Source of the DNA: Octopus bimaculoides
Taxonomy: Eukaryota
Reading direction: 5' to 3'
Assembly (NCBI RefSeq): GCF_001194135.2
Contig: NC_068988.1
Location: forward strand, 87,209,294 to 87,262,192
Length of the DNA stretch: 52,899 bases
In this document: positions 12,045 to 23,898 of the stretch, one piece after another
Layout of the letters: each line of letters starts with the position of its first letter
Numbering within the stretch: the first letter of the stretch is position 1
Made by a program: the position numbers and the translations under genes
Notes under the pieces: generated by a model
The model's input: only the letters and a program-made list of their open reading frames with translations
Databases searched by the model: none
What the model was told of the DNA's origin: nothing

Positions 12045-12195
12045 TGTGTATTTCTTCTATCTTAATGAATAAAAATTCTTCTGATAGAATAAATGGGTTA
12101 ATAGAAACCAATGTAGCAAAGAACACAAAATAACTGTGGTTAGCTCCTGTTTTTAAGGCAGGAACTCCTTGAAATTTTGGGTATTTGAGTATATT

Positions 12196-12376
12196 TAAGA
12201 ATTTAAGGATTGGAGAAAACGCATGTTATAATTGATGATTCCCATGCTTTCCCTGATGAGAAGGTTACAATTTTAATACCAAAGATCCCTATGGATCACA
12301 CAGGTTCTAATCCTTTGAAACATATGTAGGAATAAAGTATGCAATTATAACATGCGTTTTCTCCAATCCTTAAATT

Positions 12377-12380
<4 letters not shown>
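12196..12380 (+). mobile_element. 185-bp element with perfect 39-bp terminal inverted repeats enclosing a hammerhead; probable Penelope-like remnant
   Basis: 12196-12234 is the exact reverse complement of 12342-12380. Abuts a (TA)n tract. The family assignment is inference. Confidence 0.6.
12243..12341 (+). ncRNA. Type I hammerhead ribozyme motif in MAP3K1 intron C-D, sense orientation
   Basis: Core CUGAUGA 12253-12259 and GAAA 12317-12320. Stem II GAAGG/CCUUU. Stem III is the palindrome ACAUAUGU. Cleavage triplet GUA (12326-12328). Stem I has 10 pairs with a UAA bulge. Folded by hand; activity untested. Confidence 0.72.
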
Positions 12381-12418
<38 letters not shown>

Positions 12419-13203
12419 TTAAAAGAAATGCTGGCATGGCTGTGTGATTGAGAATTTTGCTTCTCAATCACATGGTTTCAGGTTCAGTTCCACTGTGTGG
12501 TACCTTGAGCAAGTGTCTTCTACCATAGACCCAGGTCAACAAAAGCTTTGTGAGTAGATTTAGTAAACTGAAACTGAAAGAAGCCTATTGCATGTGTGTG
12601 TGTGTATCTGTCTGTTTGTGTCTCCTTGTCTTGACATCACTTAAGGTTGTAAATGAATCTCCATCATTTCAAATATTTTGCAAAAACATGTCTGCTCATG
12701 GGTAAAATATTACTTTACATTGAAATAGGTGAGGATTGATGGCAAGACAGAAATCCAGCAGTAGAAAGAACCTGCCTCGATAAACTTCGTCTGAGCCATG
12801 CAAGCATGGAAAAGTGGACCTTAAAACGATGATGATGATGTTGGTGATGAAACAGATGGTAGATGACTAAATCAAACCGAGTGTATTACTGCTATATTAC
12901 TTTTTATCAATCAAAATTTCTGAAGAAGTATAGGCGTAATTTGACTCTTGTACAATTTGAGTTGAGCACTAATTAAATCCTTCTACTCGTCACCATTGGT
13001 TTTAATGTCCACCTTTCCATGTCTGTATGGCTTGGACAGAGTTTTTTTTTGTCTGAGAAAGAATTTCTATGGCTGGTTGCCTTTCCAGGTTGTTTGCAAC
13101 CCCTCATTTATTTCCCAGCAAGATATTTCCCAGTTTCTGCAGGGGTTTTGAAAATGAATGGTACAGCTTGTATGGCAGTCACATTCATTTACAACTATCA
13201 TTA

Positions 13204-13395
13204 TTTTTAATCAGAGCTTGTACTCTGTTCTCAGTTAGATCTAATACTCACCTCTCTTAAACAAATTCACCTGTATTCATTGTTTTTACCTCATACATAT
13301 ATCCAAAATAATAACAGCATCTTTGTGTCCAAAAATCACAAAGAAGAGCCTCATGCCCTCATGCAGCTATGTAAACTGATCTTTGATACCGCAGG
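13204..13395 (+). repeat. 192-bp direct repeat, copy 2 (intron C-D)
   Basis: 189/192 identical to 10586-10777. Confidence 0.92.
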
Positions 13396-13810
13396 AGACA
13401 CACACACACGCAATGGGTTTCTTTCAGATTCATGATCATCATGATCATCATCTCATCATTGTTTGACGTCTGCTTTCCATGCTGGGATGGGTTGGACGGT
13501 TTGGCATGGAGCTGGCTAGCAGGGCGCTGTCCAGACTCCAGCTGTCTGTTGTGGCACGGTTTCTCCGACTGGATGTCCTTCCTTACTTCTTATTGCTTTA
13601 TTGCCCACAAGGGGACAAACACAAGGACAGACAAAGGGATTAAGTCGATTACATTGACAGCAAGTGTGTAACTGGTACTTATTTAATTGACCCCGAAAGG
13701 ATGAAAGGCAAAGTCGACCTCAGCGGAATTTGAACTCAGAACATAGCGGCAGATGAAATACTGCTAAGCATCTCGCCCGGTGCACTATCGTGTCTGCCAG
13801 CTCACTGCCT

Positions 13811-14213
13811 TACTCTTTACTCTTTTACTCTTTTACTTGTTTCAGTCTTTTGACTGTGGCCATGCTGGAGCACCACCTTTAGTCGAGCAAATCGACCCCA
13901 GGACTTATTCTTTGGAAACCTAGTACTTATTCTATCGGTCTGTTTTGCCGAACCGCTAAGTTACGGGGACATAAACACACCAGCATCGGTTGTCAAGCGA
14001 TGTTGGGGGACAAACACATACACACACACATATATATATATACATATATACGACAGGCTTCTTTCAGTTTCCGTCTACCAAATCCACTCACAAGGCTTTG
14101 GTCGGCCCGAAGCTATAGTAGAAGACACTTGCCCAAGATGCCACGCAGTGGGACTGAACCCGGTACCATGTGGTTGGTAAGCAAGCTACTTACCACACAG
14201 CCACTCCTACGCC
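13811..14213 (-). mobile_element. SINE family B, full length
   Basis: Reverse complement of family B. Other - copies at about 14228-14355, 15993-16162 and 50551-50828. Confidence 0.83.
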
Positions 14214-14466
14214 TTCCTTACTTCTGTTAAGGAAATCCACTCACAATGCTTTGGTTAGCCTGGGACTATAGCAGAATGCATTTGTTCAAGGTGCCACGCT
14301 GTGGGAAGTGAACCTGCAATCATGTGATTGGAAAAGCAAACTTTTTTAACCATATGCTTAGAAGACACCTGTAATAAAAATTTAATTTCCCTTCTGTATC
14401 ACTCATCACTCATTACTCTACTTTATAATCATTACTCGTCTGTGTCTGTGTTGATTTATGTTGCAG

Positions 14467-14709
14467 AGTCAAACAGATATGCACCCTTTGGAAAGTCCAT
14501 TCAACCACAGTAGTATGCTTTCTATGCCAAACAGCAGCAGCAGCAGTAGCAGCAACAACAACAACAACAACAGCAGTAACAACAACAATAGTCCTCTATA
14601 TTTAGAGAATGTACATTGGGTACGAAGTAACTTGTTAGGGACCGGAGCATTCAGCAGTTGTTATCAAGCAAGGGATGTGAAGACTGGAACATTAATGGCT
14701 GTCAAACAG
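14467..14709 (+). CDS. MAP3K1: MAP3K1 exon D: Ser/Asn-rich stretch and kinase subdomains I-II
   Basis: Acceptor ttgcAG (14465-14466), donor GTttgt (14710). Contains [26 protein letters not shown] (Gly loop and VAxK lysine). Confidence 0.95.
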
Positions 14710-14812
14710 GTTTGTTTCATTTTATGTTTGTTTGTTTATGTGTGCAGTTGTACTTGTAACACGTTGGAAGAGCTCTTTATATTTCAGAACATAATTTATT
14801 GTTGTATTAATT

Positions 14813-15158
14813 GTTGGCACTCCGTCGCTTACGATGTCGAGGGTTCCAGTTGATCCGAACAATGGAACAGCCTGCTTGTGAAATTAACGTGCAAGTGGCT
14901 GAGCACTCCACAGACACGTGTACCCTTAACATAGTTTTCGGGGATATTCAGCATGACACTGTGACAAGGCTGGCCCTTTGAATTACAGGCACAACAGAAA
15001 CAGGAAGTAAGAGTGAGAGAAAGTTGTGGTGAAAGAGTACTGCAGGGTTCGCCACCATCCCCTGCCGGAGCCTTGTGGAGCTTTAGGTGTTTTCGCTCAA
15101 TAAACACTCACAACGCCCGGTCTGGGAATCGAAACCGCAATCCTATGACCGTGAGTCC
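14813..15158 (-). mobile_element. SINE family A, head cut by N gap
   Basis: Reverse complement of the 387-764 body. Confidence 0.85.
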
Positions 15159-16556
15159 NNNNNNNNNNNNNNNNNNNNNNNNNNNNNNNNNNNNNNNNNN
15201 NNNNNNNNNNNNNNNNNNNNNNNNNNNNNNNNNNNNNNNNNNNNNNNNNNNNNNNNNNNNNNNNNNNNNNNNNNNNNNNNNNNNNNNNNNNNNNNNNNNN
15301 NNNNNNNNNNNNNNNNNNNNNNNNNNNNNNNNNNNNNNNNNNNNNNNNNNNNNNNNNNNNNNNNNNNNNNNNNNNNNNNNNNNNNNNNNNNNNNNNNNNN
15401 NNNNNNNNNNNNNNNNNNNNNNNNNNNNNNNNNNNNNNNNNNNNNNNNNNNNNNNNNNNNNNNNNNNNNNNNNNNNNNNNNNNNNNNNNNNNNNNNNNNN
15501 NNNNNNNNNNNNNNNNNNNNNNNNNNNNNNNNNNNNNNNNNNNNNNNNNNNNNNNNNNNNNNNNNNNNNNNNNNNNNNNNNNNNNNNNNNNNNNNNNNNN
15601 NNNNNNNNNNNNNNNNNNNNNNNNNNNNNNNNNNNNNNNNNNNNNNNNNNNNNNNNNNNNNNNNNNNNNNNNNNNNNNNNNNNNNNNNNNNNNNNNNNNN
15701 NNNNNNNNNNNNNNNNNNNNNNNNNNNNNNNNNNNNNNNNNNNNNNNNNNNNNNNNNNNNNNNNNNNNNNNNNNNNNNNNNNNNNNNNNNNNNNNNNNNN
15801 NNNNNNNNNNNNNNNNNNNNNNNNNNNNNNNNNNNNNNNNNNNNNNNNNNNNNNNNNNNNNNNNNNNNNNNNNNNNNNNNNNNNNNNNNNNNNNNNNNNN
15901 NNNNNNNNNNNNNNNNNNNNNNNNNNNNNNNNNNNNNNNNNNNNNNNNNNNNNNNNNNNNNNNNNNNNNNNNNNNNNNNNNNNNNNNNNNNNTATATACG
16001 ACGGGCTTCTTTCAGTTTCCGTCTACCAAATCCACTCACAAGGCTTTGGTCGGCCCGAGACTATAGTAAAAGACACTTGCCCAAGATGCCACGCAGTGGG
16101 ACTGAACCTGGGACCATGTGGTTGGTAAGCAAGCTACTTACCACACAGCCACTCCTACGCCTACGTTAGTTCATATCTTACTTTTATGAGAGGAAGATGC
16201 AGGTCAAAATGAAAATAGCACCACCATATGTCACAGCAGAGGGGATATCCAGCAGTCATGACCTGGATATGAACCGGTTCCCCTAGAGTGTAAGGAGTTA
16301 AGGACCAAAACACTTGAATTTGGAGTATGGTGTTACTTCACTGAAGACCTTCTGCTGCTCAGCTCTCCCTAGGGTTCCTTGCTGCAAGTACAACACTGAC
16401 ATTCTAGATACTGATGATCCACAACCTTTTATAATCCACGCTAATTCATGAGTAGGAACGAACCTCAAATTCTTGTGGCTACCATATTAGTTTGCTGGTA
16501 TCTTGCACAGACTAATACATTGCACAGTACAGTATTAATTAGCTTGTATCATTTGT

Positions 16557-16614
16557 ACTAATGTAGAAGTACATAATACTAATGTACAAGTACATAATAC
16601 TAATGTACAAGCAC
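16557..16614 (+). repeat. Tandem repeat, 21-bp unit, about 2.8 copies
   Basis: Unit tactaatgtacaagtacataa. Confidence 0.8.
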
Positions 16615-16815
16615 TTGTATTTCATTTAATTATTTCAGGTAAATTTAACAATCGTTTAATTTAACGGTTTGGAAAATCAGTAGTCTGGAAAGGTATTGGA
16701 AAAGCATTGAAGTCAAGGCTATTGGAAAATCAGTGTCGGACCTGTACGTTATAATTAATGTGTAGAGACGAAGTTGTCTCCTCTTGGAATAGATCGATAG
16801 AGAGAGAGAGAGAGA

Positions 16816-17040
16816 AGGCGTTTGCTTTGCTGATACTTCAATAGACTTGGCCATACTTACTGCTTCTTCCCACTCCACTTCCTCTTTGAAGCAATGTTGG
16901 TAAGAGTTAGGCTTGCCTGTAGCTGTAGGTAGGATATATGGACACATGGTTAGGTGGGTGATGGATCAGGTGTGTAGTGGAGAACTAAAGAACGGTAGTA
17001 GAGATGAACAAAGAGTATAAAGATACATGTGGTGCACATA
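16816..17040 (-). pseudogene. Inverted partial duplicate of MAP3K1 exon C and its upstream intron
   Basis: 16916 down to 16816 aligns without gaps to 11748-11848 at 77/101 nt (KPNSYQHCFKEEVEWEEAVSMAKSIEVSAKQTP). Homology continues about 120 nt into the intron, and the AG acceptor is kept. Confidence 0.9.
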
Positions 17041-18209
17041 GATTGTTTGGCTAATTCAAACAGAGTTGTCTCCTCTTGTAATATCTCCAGACTGTAACTT
17101 TCCTTGTACCTTCACCATAGTGTCCTCCTGCCTTTCTCCCAAAGCGTACTCGACAGACAGACAGACCCAAATGAAATATCTAATCTGTAAATCTTGAACA
17201 TTGACAAGAATTATATTGATTCATTTTTCGCGGTAAAGTTTGATTACCCTATTAAACTAAGATAATTTTATCTGGAACGTATGTTGAATTTTTTTAAGAG
17301 GATCCAAAAAAGTGTAAACATACAAGACATTGCACAAAATAACTTTTCTCACCTGAAAATATTATCTGCCAATTACTCAGAATTTTCACCAGAGCAGCAT
17401 CAAAAGCTTCATTGTATTTATTTAAATTGATTTTAAAATTTCAAAAATATGCTAATGAATTTGTTGGACAATAATGTCTTTAGTCACAGTTCTCACTTAC
17501 CTCATCTGATGTGCATGACAAATGCAAATGTGACATTTTCAAGACAAATGTATTCTATGTCTTCCAAACAGTGCAGGTCTGGAAAAAATTGCTTCAATAT
17601 CAATATCTGGTCGAAGAAGACAAACCATTTCAATATGCCTCTACAAGTATATAGTGATTTTTTTTTTGTGCTACTTTAGCGTGTAATCTCCAACTTAGGG
17701 CGATTACTTTAGGTTACTCTTTAGTTTACTTTCCTAAAAACCCTCAAGATGCTGGCTAAAGGTTTTTACAGTAAGATCAGCGAAGAGACAAAGGTTGTTG
17801 CACTTTTATGAGGAAATGGCCTTTTAGATGATGAAGAAAATGTTGCACCATGTCATCATGAAATGAAAGAAGCTCAAAGAAAAGGGAAAACCAGTGAAAT
17901 CTCCTGCTTTATGTTGCAAAACTTGCAGCTGCCAAACTTATCAGTTTATCCACACCAGAAATGTTTCTTTTCTATTATACTGATTTAAATAACTTCTCTT
18001 ATGATAAAGTGCATCAGTTAACTGAATCAAAATTTCATAGTTTTTTTTTCTTTAGAAATTGAAAAGTAAACAAAATAGTAACTTAAAGTAATCACCCTGT
18101 AAGTTGTAGATCACATGCCAAAGTAACATCAATTTTTTTCTGGGTATCTTAAAAATTTCCAGAGAATGAAATCAACCAGCTAACATGCACATTACAAAAT
18201 CTATATGTA

Positions 18210-18575
18210 AGTGGAGGAGTAAAACTGTGCAAGACTTTTCTCAGGTTCAAAATGTGAATTTATTTTTGTTCTCTACATTCCAACGATAAAGCTTTTATAT
18301 CTTTGTTAGGAACCAACTCCTTCTTTACCGGAAGATTTCAAATAATTAACCATAGAAGAGAACATGCATACATTCATATATGTAAGCATACATGCATGAA
18401 TGACTATGAATAATGGGCTCAAACACATGCTGTTAGTGGAACAGTAAAAATGTGCAAGACTTTTCTCAGGTTCAGAATGTGAATTTGTTTTTCTTATCTA
18501 CATTCCAATAGAGCTTTGTATCTTTCTTATAGGCCAACACATTCTTTACAGGAAGTTTTCAAATAATTAACAATG
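18210..18575 (+). repeat. Diverged local duplication, about 140-bp unit at 225-bp period
   Basis: The motif tgtgcaagacttttctcaggttca...ttcaaataattaac occurs at about 18210-18352 and 18435-18571. Confidence 0.8.
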
Positions 18576-19075
18576 GATTTCATATCACCACTCCTACACG
18601 TGCTTTTTCCCTTGATTGATGGCCCATTTGGTATATGAGGGAGTTTGGCACTGCTACCCTCATTTACAGACAACACTTGCCAAAGGTGCAGTGTAATGGA
18701 ACTGAACTTGGAACCATGTGGTTGCAAAGCCAATTTCATCATCGTTTAACATCCGTTTTCCATACTGGCATGGGCCGGGCAGTTTGACTGAGGTCTAGAA
18801 AGCCAGCAGCTGCACCAGGCTCCAATCTGATCTGGCAAAGTTTCTACAGCTGGATGCCCTTCCTAACGCTCTGAGAGTGTAGTGGGTGCGTTTTACGTGC
18901 TACCGGCACAGGAGCCAGTCAGGCGGGCCTGGCATCGATCTTCTTTGGATAGTGCTTTTTATGGGGTACTGGCGTCTTAAATGTTAAGAGATTCGTTGAC
19001 ATGCTTCATTGAGATATTTACATAACTTAGCCAATTGGTTTAATGATGATTACTTCTCCTTCTTTATCATTTCAG

Positions 19076-19238
19076 ATTTCCTTCTGCCGGAACACAGAAG
19101 AAGAGCAGGAGAAGGTAATCCAAGATGTCACGGAGGAGATTCACATGATAGCTGCACTGAATCATCCCAATGTCGTACGGATCATGGGTGCTACACGGCA
19201 AGGCTGTCACTTCAATATGTTTGTTGAATGGATGCCAG
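19076..19238 (+). CDS. MAP3K1: MAP3K1 exon E, kinase subdomains III-V
   Basis: Acceptor tttcAG (19074-19075), donor GTtagt (19239). ISFCRNTEEEQEKVIQDVTEEIHMIAALNHPNVVRIMGATRQGCHFNMFVEWMP. Confidence 0.96.
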
Positions 19239-19244
19239 GTTAGT

Positions 19245-19304
<60 letters not shown>

Positions 19305-19426
19305 TGTAGTAGTAGTAGTAGTAGTAGTGCTAGTATGTGGTGGTGGTAGTAGTAGTTGGTGGTGGTGGTGGTGGTGGTGGTAGTAGTAGTAGGTGGTGGT
19401 GGTATAATAATAGTAGTAGCAGCAGC

Positions 19427-19471
<45 letters not shown>

Positions 19472-19997
19472 TGGCAGCAACAGTGATAGTGATGTTGTGA
19501 CTTAGTCTAGCTTAGTCCTGACTGAATTGATGGCAAGGTGCTGGCAGTTTATGTTGTTAAGTATTTCACAGCCGCATGGTTTGGAGATCAGAGATAATGT
19601 TATGATAATAAGAATTCATAATTTTAAAGCTGTAATTAAATATACTAAGGTATTTATATAAAGTTGAATGGTGTGCCTTGCCTAAGGTTTAACACAGTAT
19701 ATATATATTCCGCCACTACATTCCTCCATGGCAAGGTTTAATCTGTGTATACAAATTTAATTTGCGGTCCATGGGAAGAGCCGTTTTAGCGATGCGTCCT
19801 GCCCAGCTCTTCGAAACGCCGGTGTTAAAACAGGGGTAGCTGATGAAGAAGAATGTTCTCTATGTGGCTTGTGTGTTTTCTCGTCTACGTTTTGTTTGCA
19901 ATGTCCTGTACCCAGATATGCACCTATACATACAGGTGGATGTCGGTATGCACATACCTGTACGTATATATGCATATACTCATTTACTATTTGTTTT

Positions 19998-20029
<32 letters not shown>

Positions 20030-21391
20030 NNNNNNNNNNNNNNNNNNNNNNNNNNNNNNNNNNNNNNNNNNNNNNNNNNNNNNNNNNNNNNNNNNNNNNN
20101 NNNNNNNNNNNNNNNNNNNNNNNNNNNNNNNNNNNNNNNNNNNNNNNNNNNNNNNNNNNNNNNNNNNNNNNNNNNNNNNNNNNNNNNNNNNNNNNNNNNN
20201 NNNNNNNNNNNNNNNNNNNNNNNNNNNNNNNNNNNNNNNNNNNNNNNNNNNNNNNNNNNNNNNNNNNNNNNNNNNNNNNNNNNNNNNNNNNNNNNNNNNN
20301 NNNNNNNNNNNNNNNNNNNNNNNNNNNNNNNNNNNNNNNNNNNNNNNNNNNNNNNNNNNNNNNNNNNNNNNNNNNNNNNNNNNNNNNNNNNNNNNNNNNN
20401 NNNNNNNNNNNNNNNNNNNNNNNNNNNNNNNNNNNNNNNNNNNNNNNNNNNNNNNNNNNNNNNNNNNNNNNNNNNNNNNNNNNNNNNNNNNNNNNNNNNN
20501 NNNNNNNNNNNNNNNNNNNNNNNNNNNNNNNNNNNNNNNNNNNNNNNNNNNNNNNNNNNNNNNNNNNNNNNNNNNNNNNNNNNNNNNNNNNNNNNNNNNN
20601 NNNNNNNNNNNNNNNNNNNNNNNNNNNNNNNNNNNNNNNNNNNNNNNNNNNNNNNNNNNNNNNNNNNNNNNNNNNNNNNNNNNNNNNNNNNNNNNNNNNN
20701 NNNNNNNNNNNNNNNNNNNNNNNNNNNNNNNNNNNNNNNTATATATATATATAAACAATATATGAGTATATGCATATATATGTACATGTATGTATATACG
20801 TTCATCTACATGTACATATAGATACATAACTGGGTACATGACGTGGCAAAAGAACAAGGACAAAATGGTAAACAAGGTGCAACAAACAAGCAGGCCACAT
20901 AGAAACATCCCCATATATATATTACTATCATATAAATGGTATCAATTGTAATTTTCTGTGAAAATGTGTAGCCTTTCAGCTGTGTTTTATTTCACAGACT
21001 AGAGGAAGCATAGCTATTGGTGTGACTGTCACATGATGGAGATCCTGAACTAAACTTTTGATGTTACCCCCACACACAGCTATCACTTGGCTTTAATCCA
21101 TGGACGTGGCAGAGAACTGATCCAAAAGTACCCTTACTTTACTGTGTGATCATCTCCAGCCAGTCAATCTATATGTTAACTGATTGTGATGAGAGCCACA
21201 TCTCTTTATAAAAATGAACACACTTTAGGACAAGGCCTAGAAATGATAATTCGTGACACAGCTCCATGTCTCTCAAATCTTACACTTTTGAAAATAATAC
21301 AAATATGAAACTGGCATTGATATTGATATAAATAAGTCTTCATATACATTCTCTGTGCATTTTCAACTTCTGTTATTTCATATATGTATAT

Positions 21392-21432
<41 letters not shown>

Positions 21433-22251
21433 GATTATCATTTAACATCTGCTTTCCATGCTGGCATGGGTTGGACGGTTTGACAGGAGCTGGCTAAGCA
21501 GAAGACTGCACCAGGCTTCAGTGTCTGTTTTGGCATGGTTTTTACATCTATATGCCCTTCCTAACACCAAGCACCTCACGTTGAGTGGGTTACTGAAAAT
21601 AAATTAAATTTTGAATTTTGAAAATTGGATAAATACTCTAAGATGAGAAAGAGTTGCCAGCGAGTGGTCACGGAAAATTGTACCCTATACCTTTTCTAGG
21701 GTTATTTACCTGATTTTCTAGGCTGTTTTCAAAACTATCCCCCATTTAAAATTTACTTCATTTTCTTTGGGCCTCACAGAGGCAATGGCAAGTGACTAAG
21801 ATCTTTGGTGATATGCCGTGCTTGAGAAGACCCGTTGAACCGACTGAAGTCGTAGTCGTGGCTGATGCTAGCATCACATAACTGGCACCTGTGCCGGTGG
21901 CACGTAAAAAGCACTCTTTGAACATTGGGCCTAATGAAGGCAGTGACAAGTGACTGAGACCTTTGATGATATACTGTGCTTGGGAAGTTGTGGCTGATGC
22001 TGGTGTTATGTAACTGGCACACAAAATGCACCCACTACACTCTGTAAAGTGGTTGGCATTAGGAAGGGCGTCCAACCATAGAAAACATGCCAAATTAAAC
22101 TGGAACCTGGTGCAGTTCTCTGGCTTTCCAGTTCCAGTCAAACAGTCTTATCCCATGGAAAGCAGACACTACATAATGATGATGATGATGATGATGATAT
22201 ATTTAGCTGCTGTGTGTAATGCTCTTTTTTTATGTACCCTTATGTCACCAG

Positions 22252-22383
22252 GTGGCTCTGTTTCCAACCTATTGGCAAAGTATGGCAACTTTTCTGAGAC
22301 TGTGGTCATTAGCTACACACACCAAGTCCTCCGTGGCTTGACATATCTTCATGAAAACCAAGTTCTACATCGTGATCTTAAAG
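22252..22383 (+). CDS. MAP3K1: MAP3K1 exon F, kinase subdomain VI (HRD loop)
   Basis: Acceptor caccAG (22250-22251), donor GTgagt (22384). [43 protein letters not shown]. Confidence 0.96.
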
Positions 22384-22632
22384 GTGAGTGGCAAACCTCA
22401 AACCCATCTGGTCATGTGGGTCAGTTCTAAGAATATCATTCAGTTTCTCTACACTGTAGCCACAACACAACACTACTACACTGCATACTGTAGCCACAAC
22501 AAATGCTACCACTGTACATATCAAAGCCATGACACAACACTATGACAGTCTGTATTGTAGCCAAAGCATAACTCAATCTGTCCTATAGCCATAGCACAAT
22601 ATATGTATGTGTATTGTATTTGTGTGTATGTG

Positions 22633-22668
<36 letters not shown>

Positions 22669-23505
22669 TATATGCCTGTTGTGTGGCTTAGTGGTTAGGG
22701 TATCCAGCTCACAGTCACAGGGTCATGAGTTTGATTTCTGGTGGTGTGTTGTGTCCTTCAGCAAGACACTTTATTTCACCTTGTCACATTCTGTGTCATT
22801 CTGAATCTCCTTGAGAACTACATTAAGGGTACACGTGTCTGTGGAGTGCTCAGCCACTTGCAAGTTAATTTCACGAGCAGGTTGTTCCATTGATCGGATC
22901 AACTGGAACCCTCGTTACCATAACTAACGGAGTTCCAGTTGACATACCTGGATATTGTAACTGTGTGTGATACGTGTTTGTGTATTGTATTTATGTGCAT
23001 AGTATACACGTGTGTGTCTGTTATATGTATGCAAGTATCTTGCATATTTTTCTGTGTTGTACAAGTACAACATCAATTTTCTGGAACTCTAGGTTACAAA
23101 ACCATTTTGGATTGCTGATTTTTCAGAACTGAAACTGCTTCCCGTGATCAACACACTAAAAATGAAACAAATATTAATCCTTTAGCATTTAAACCAGCCA
23201 TATCCAGCCCAAATATTCTATCTATATTATGTTCAAACCAACCAGATCTGGCCTCTCACATCTCTCCTTAAAATGTGGCTGCAGTCACTTTAAACTCTTC
23301 AGGCACCCTGACTGGGCCAACAAGTCTGTCCCCAATGATACCACCCCACAACACAACTCCATGTGGCTAAATAATTCATTATGTCAATAAATCTTATGGT
23401 TTTCTGTTTAATGTATACTCAATATATTCTTAATATGTATCATTACTCTTCATTTTCTGACTGGTCATAATGATCAACCTTCTACAAAATATTACTGCTT
23501 CACTG

Positions 23506-23633
23506 TTTTAGAGCTGCAAAATTATCACAAGACTGTTACTCAGAGTTTGACGTTCCCATTTGTTGGACAGTTGTGATGAATGGGAATGTGAAACTCTGAG
23601 TAATAGTCTTGTGATAATTTTACAGCTTTAAAA
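23506..23633. repeat. Fold-back inverted repeat with 55-bp arms and 18-nt loop
   Basis: 23506-23560 vs reverse complement of 23579-23633: 50/55 identical. Confidence 0.88.
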
Positions 23634-23898
23634 AAAGCATATTACTCTATCTTCGGTGCTAACACTACACCTGATATCCCACCTCCCTCCATACGCATGC
23701 ACACATGTACATCATGACTCTTACACTGTTCACTTTCCTCACTTTTGCACATAATTCTATGTACTCTACATGCACCTTTGATGAGTTGCAGTGCACTTGA
23801 GCACTATACATTATTATTATTATTATTATTTTTCCCACCTTGTTTTGTACTTATGTGCTAACCTCTGTGTGCGTGTATACATATATAATTACTTGTTG

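Noticed and set aside
16816-16916. Inverted exon C copy as a coding exon of an antisense gene
   Set aside because: It has no donor site, runs into (CT)n and has lost the UIM Ala. The third-position bias is explained by selection on the real exon.
17745-17905. Possible Merlin/IS1595-like transposase N-terminus (ALL*GNGLL...C..EM)
   Set aside because: The similarity is short, interrupted by a stop and based on memory. A profile search would be needed.
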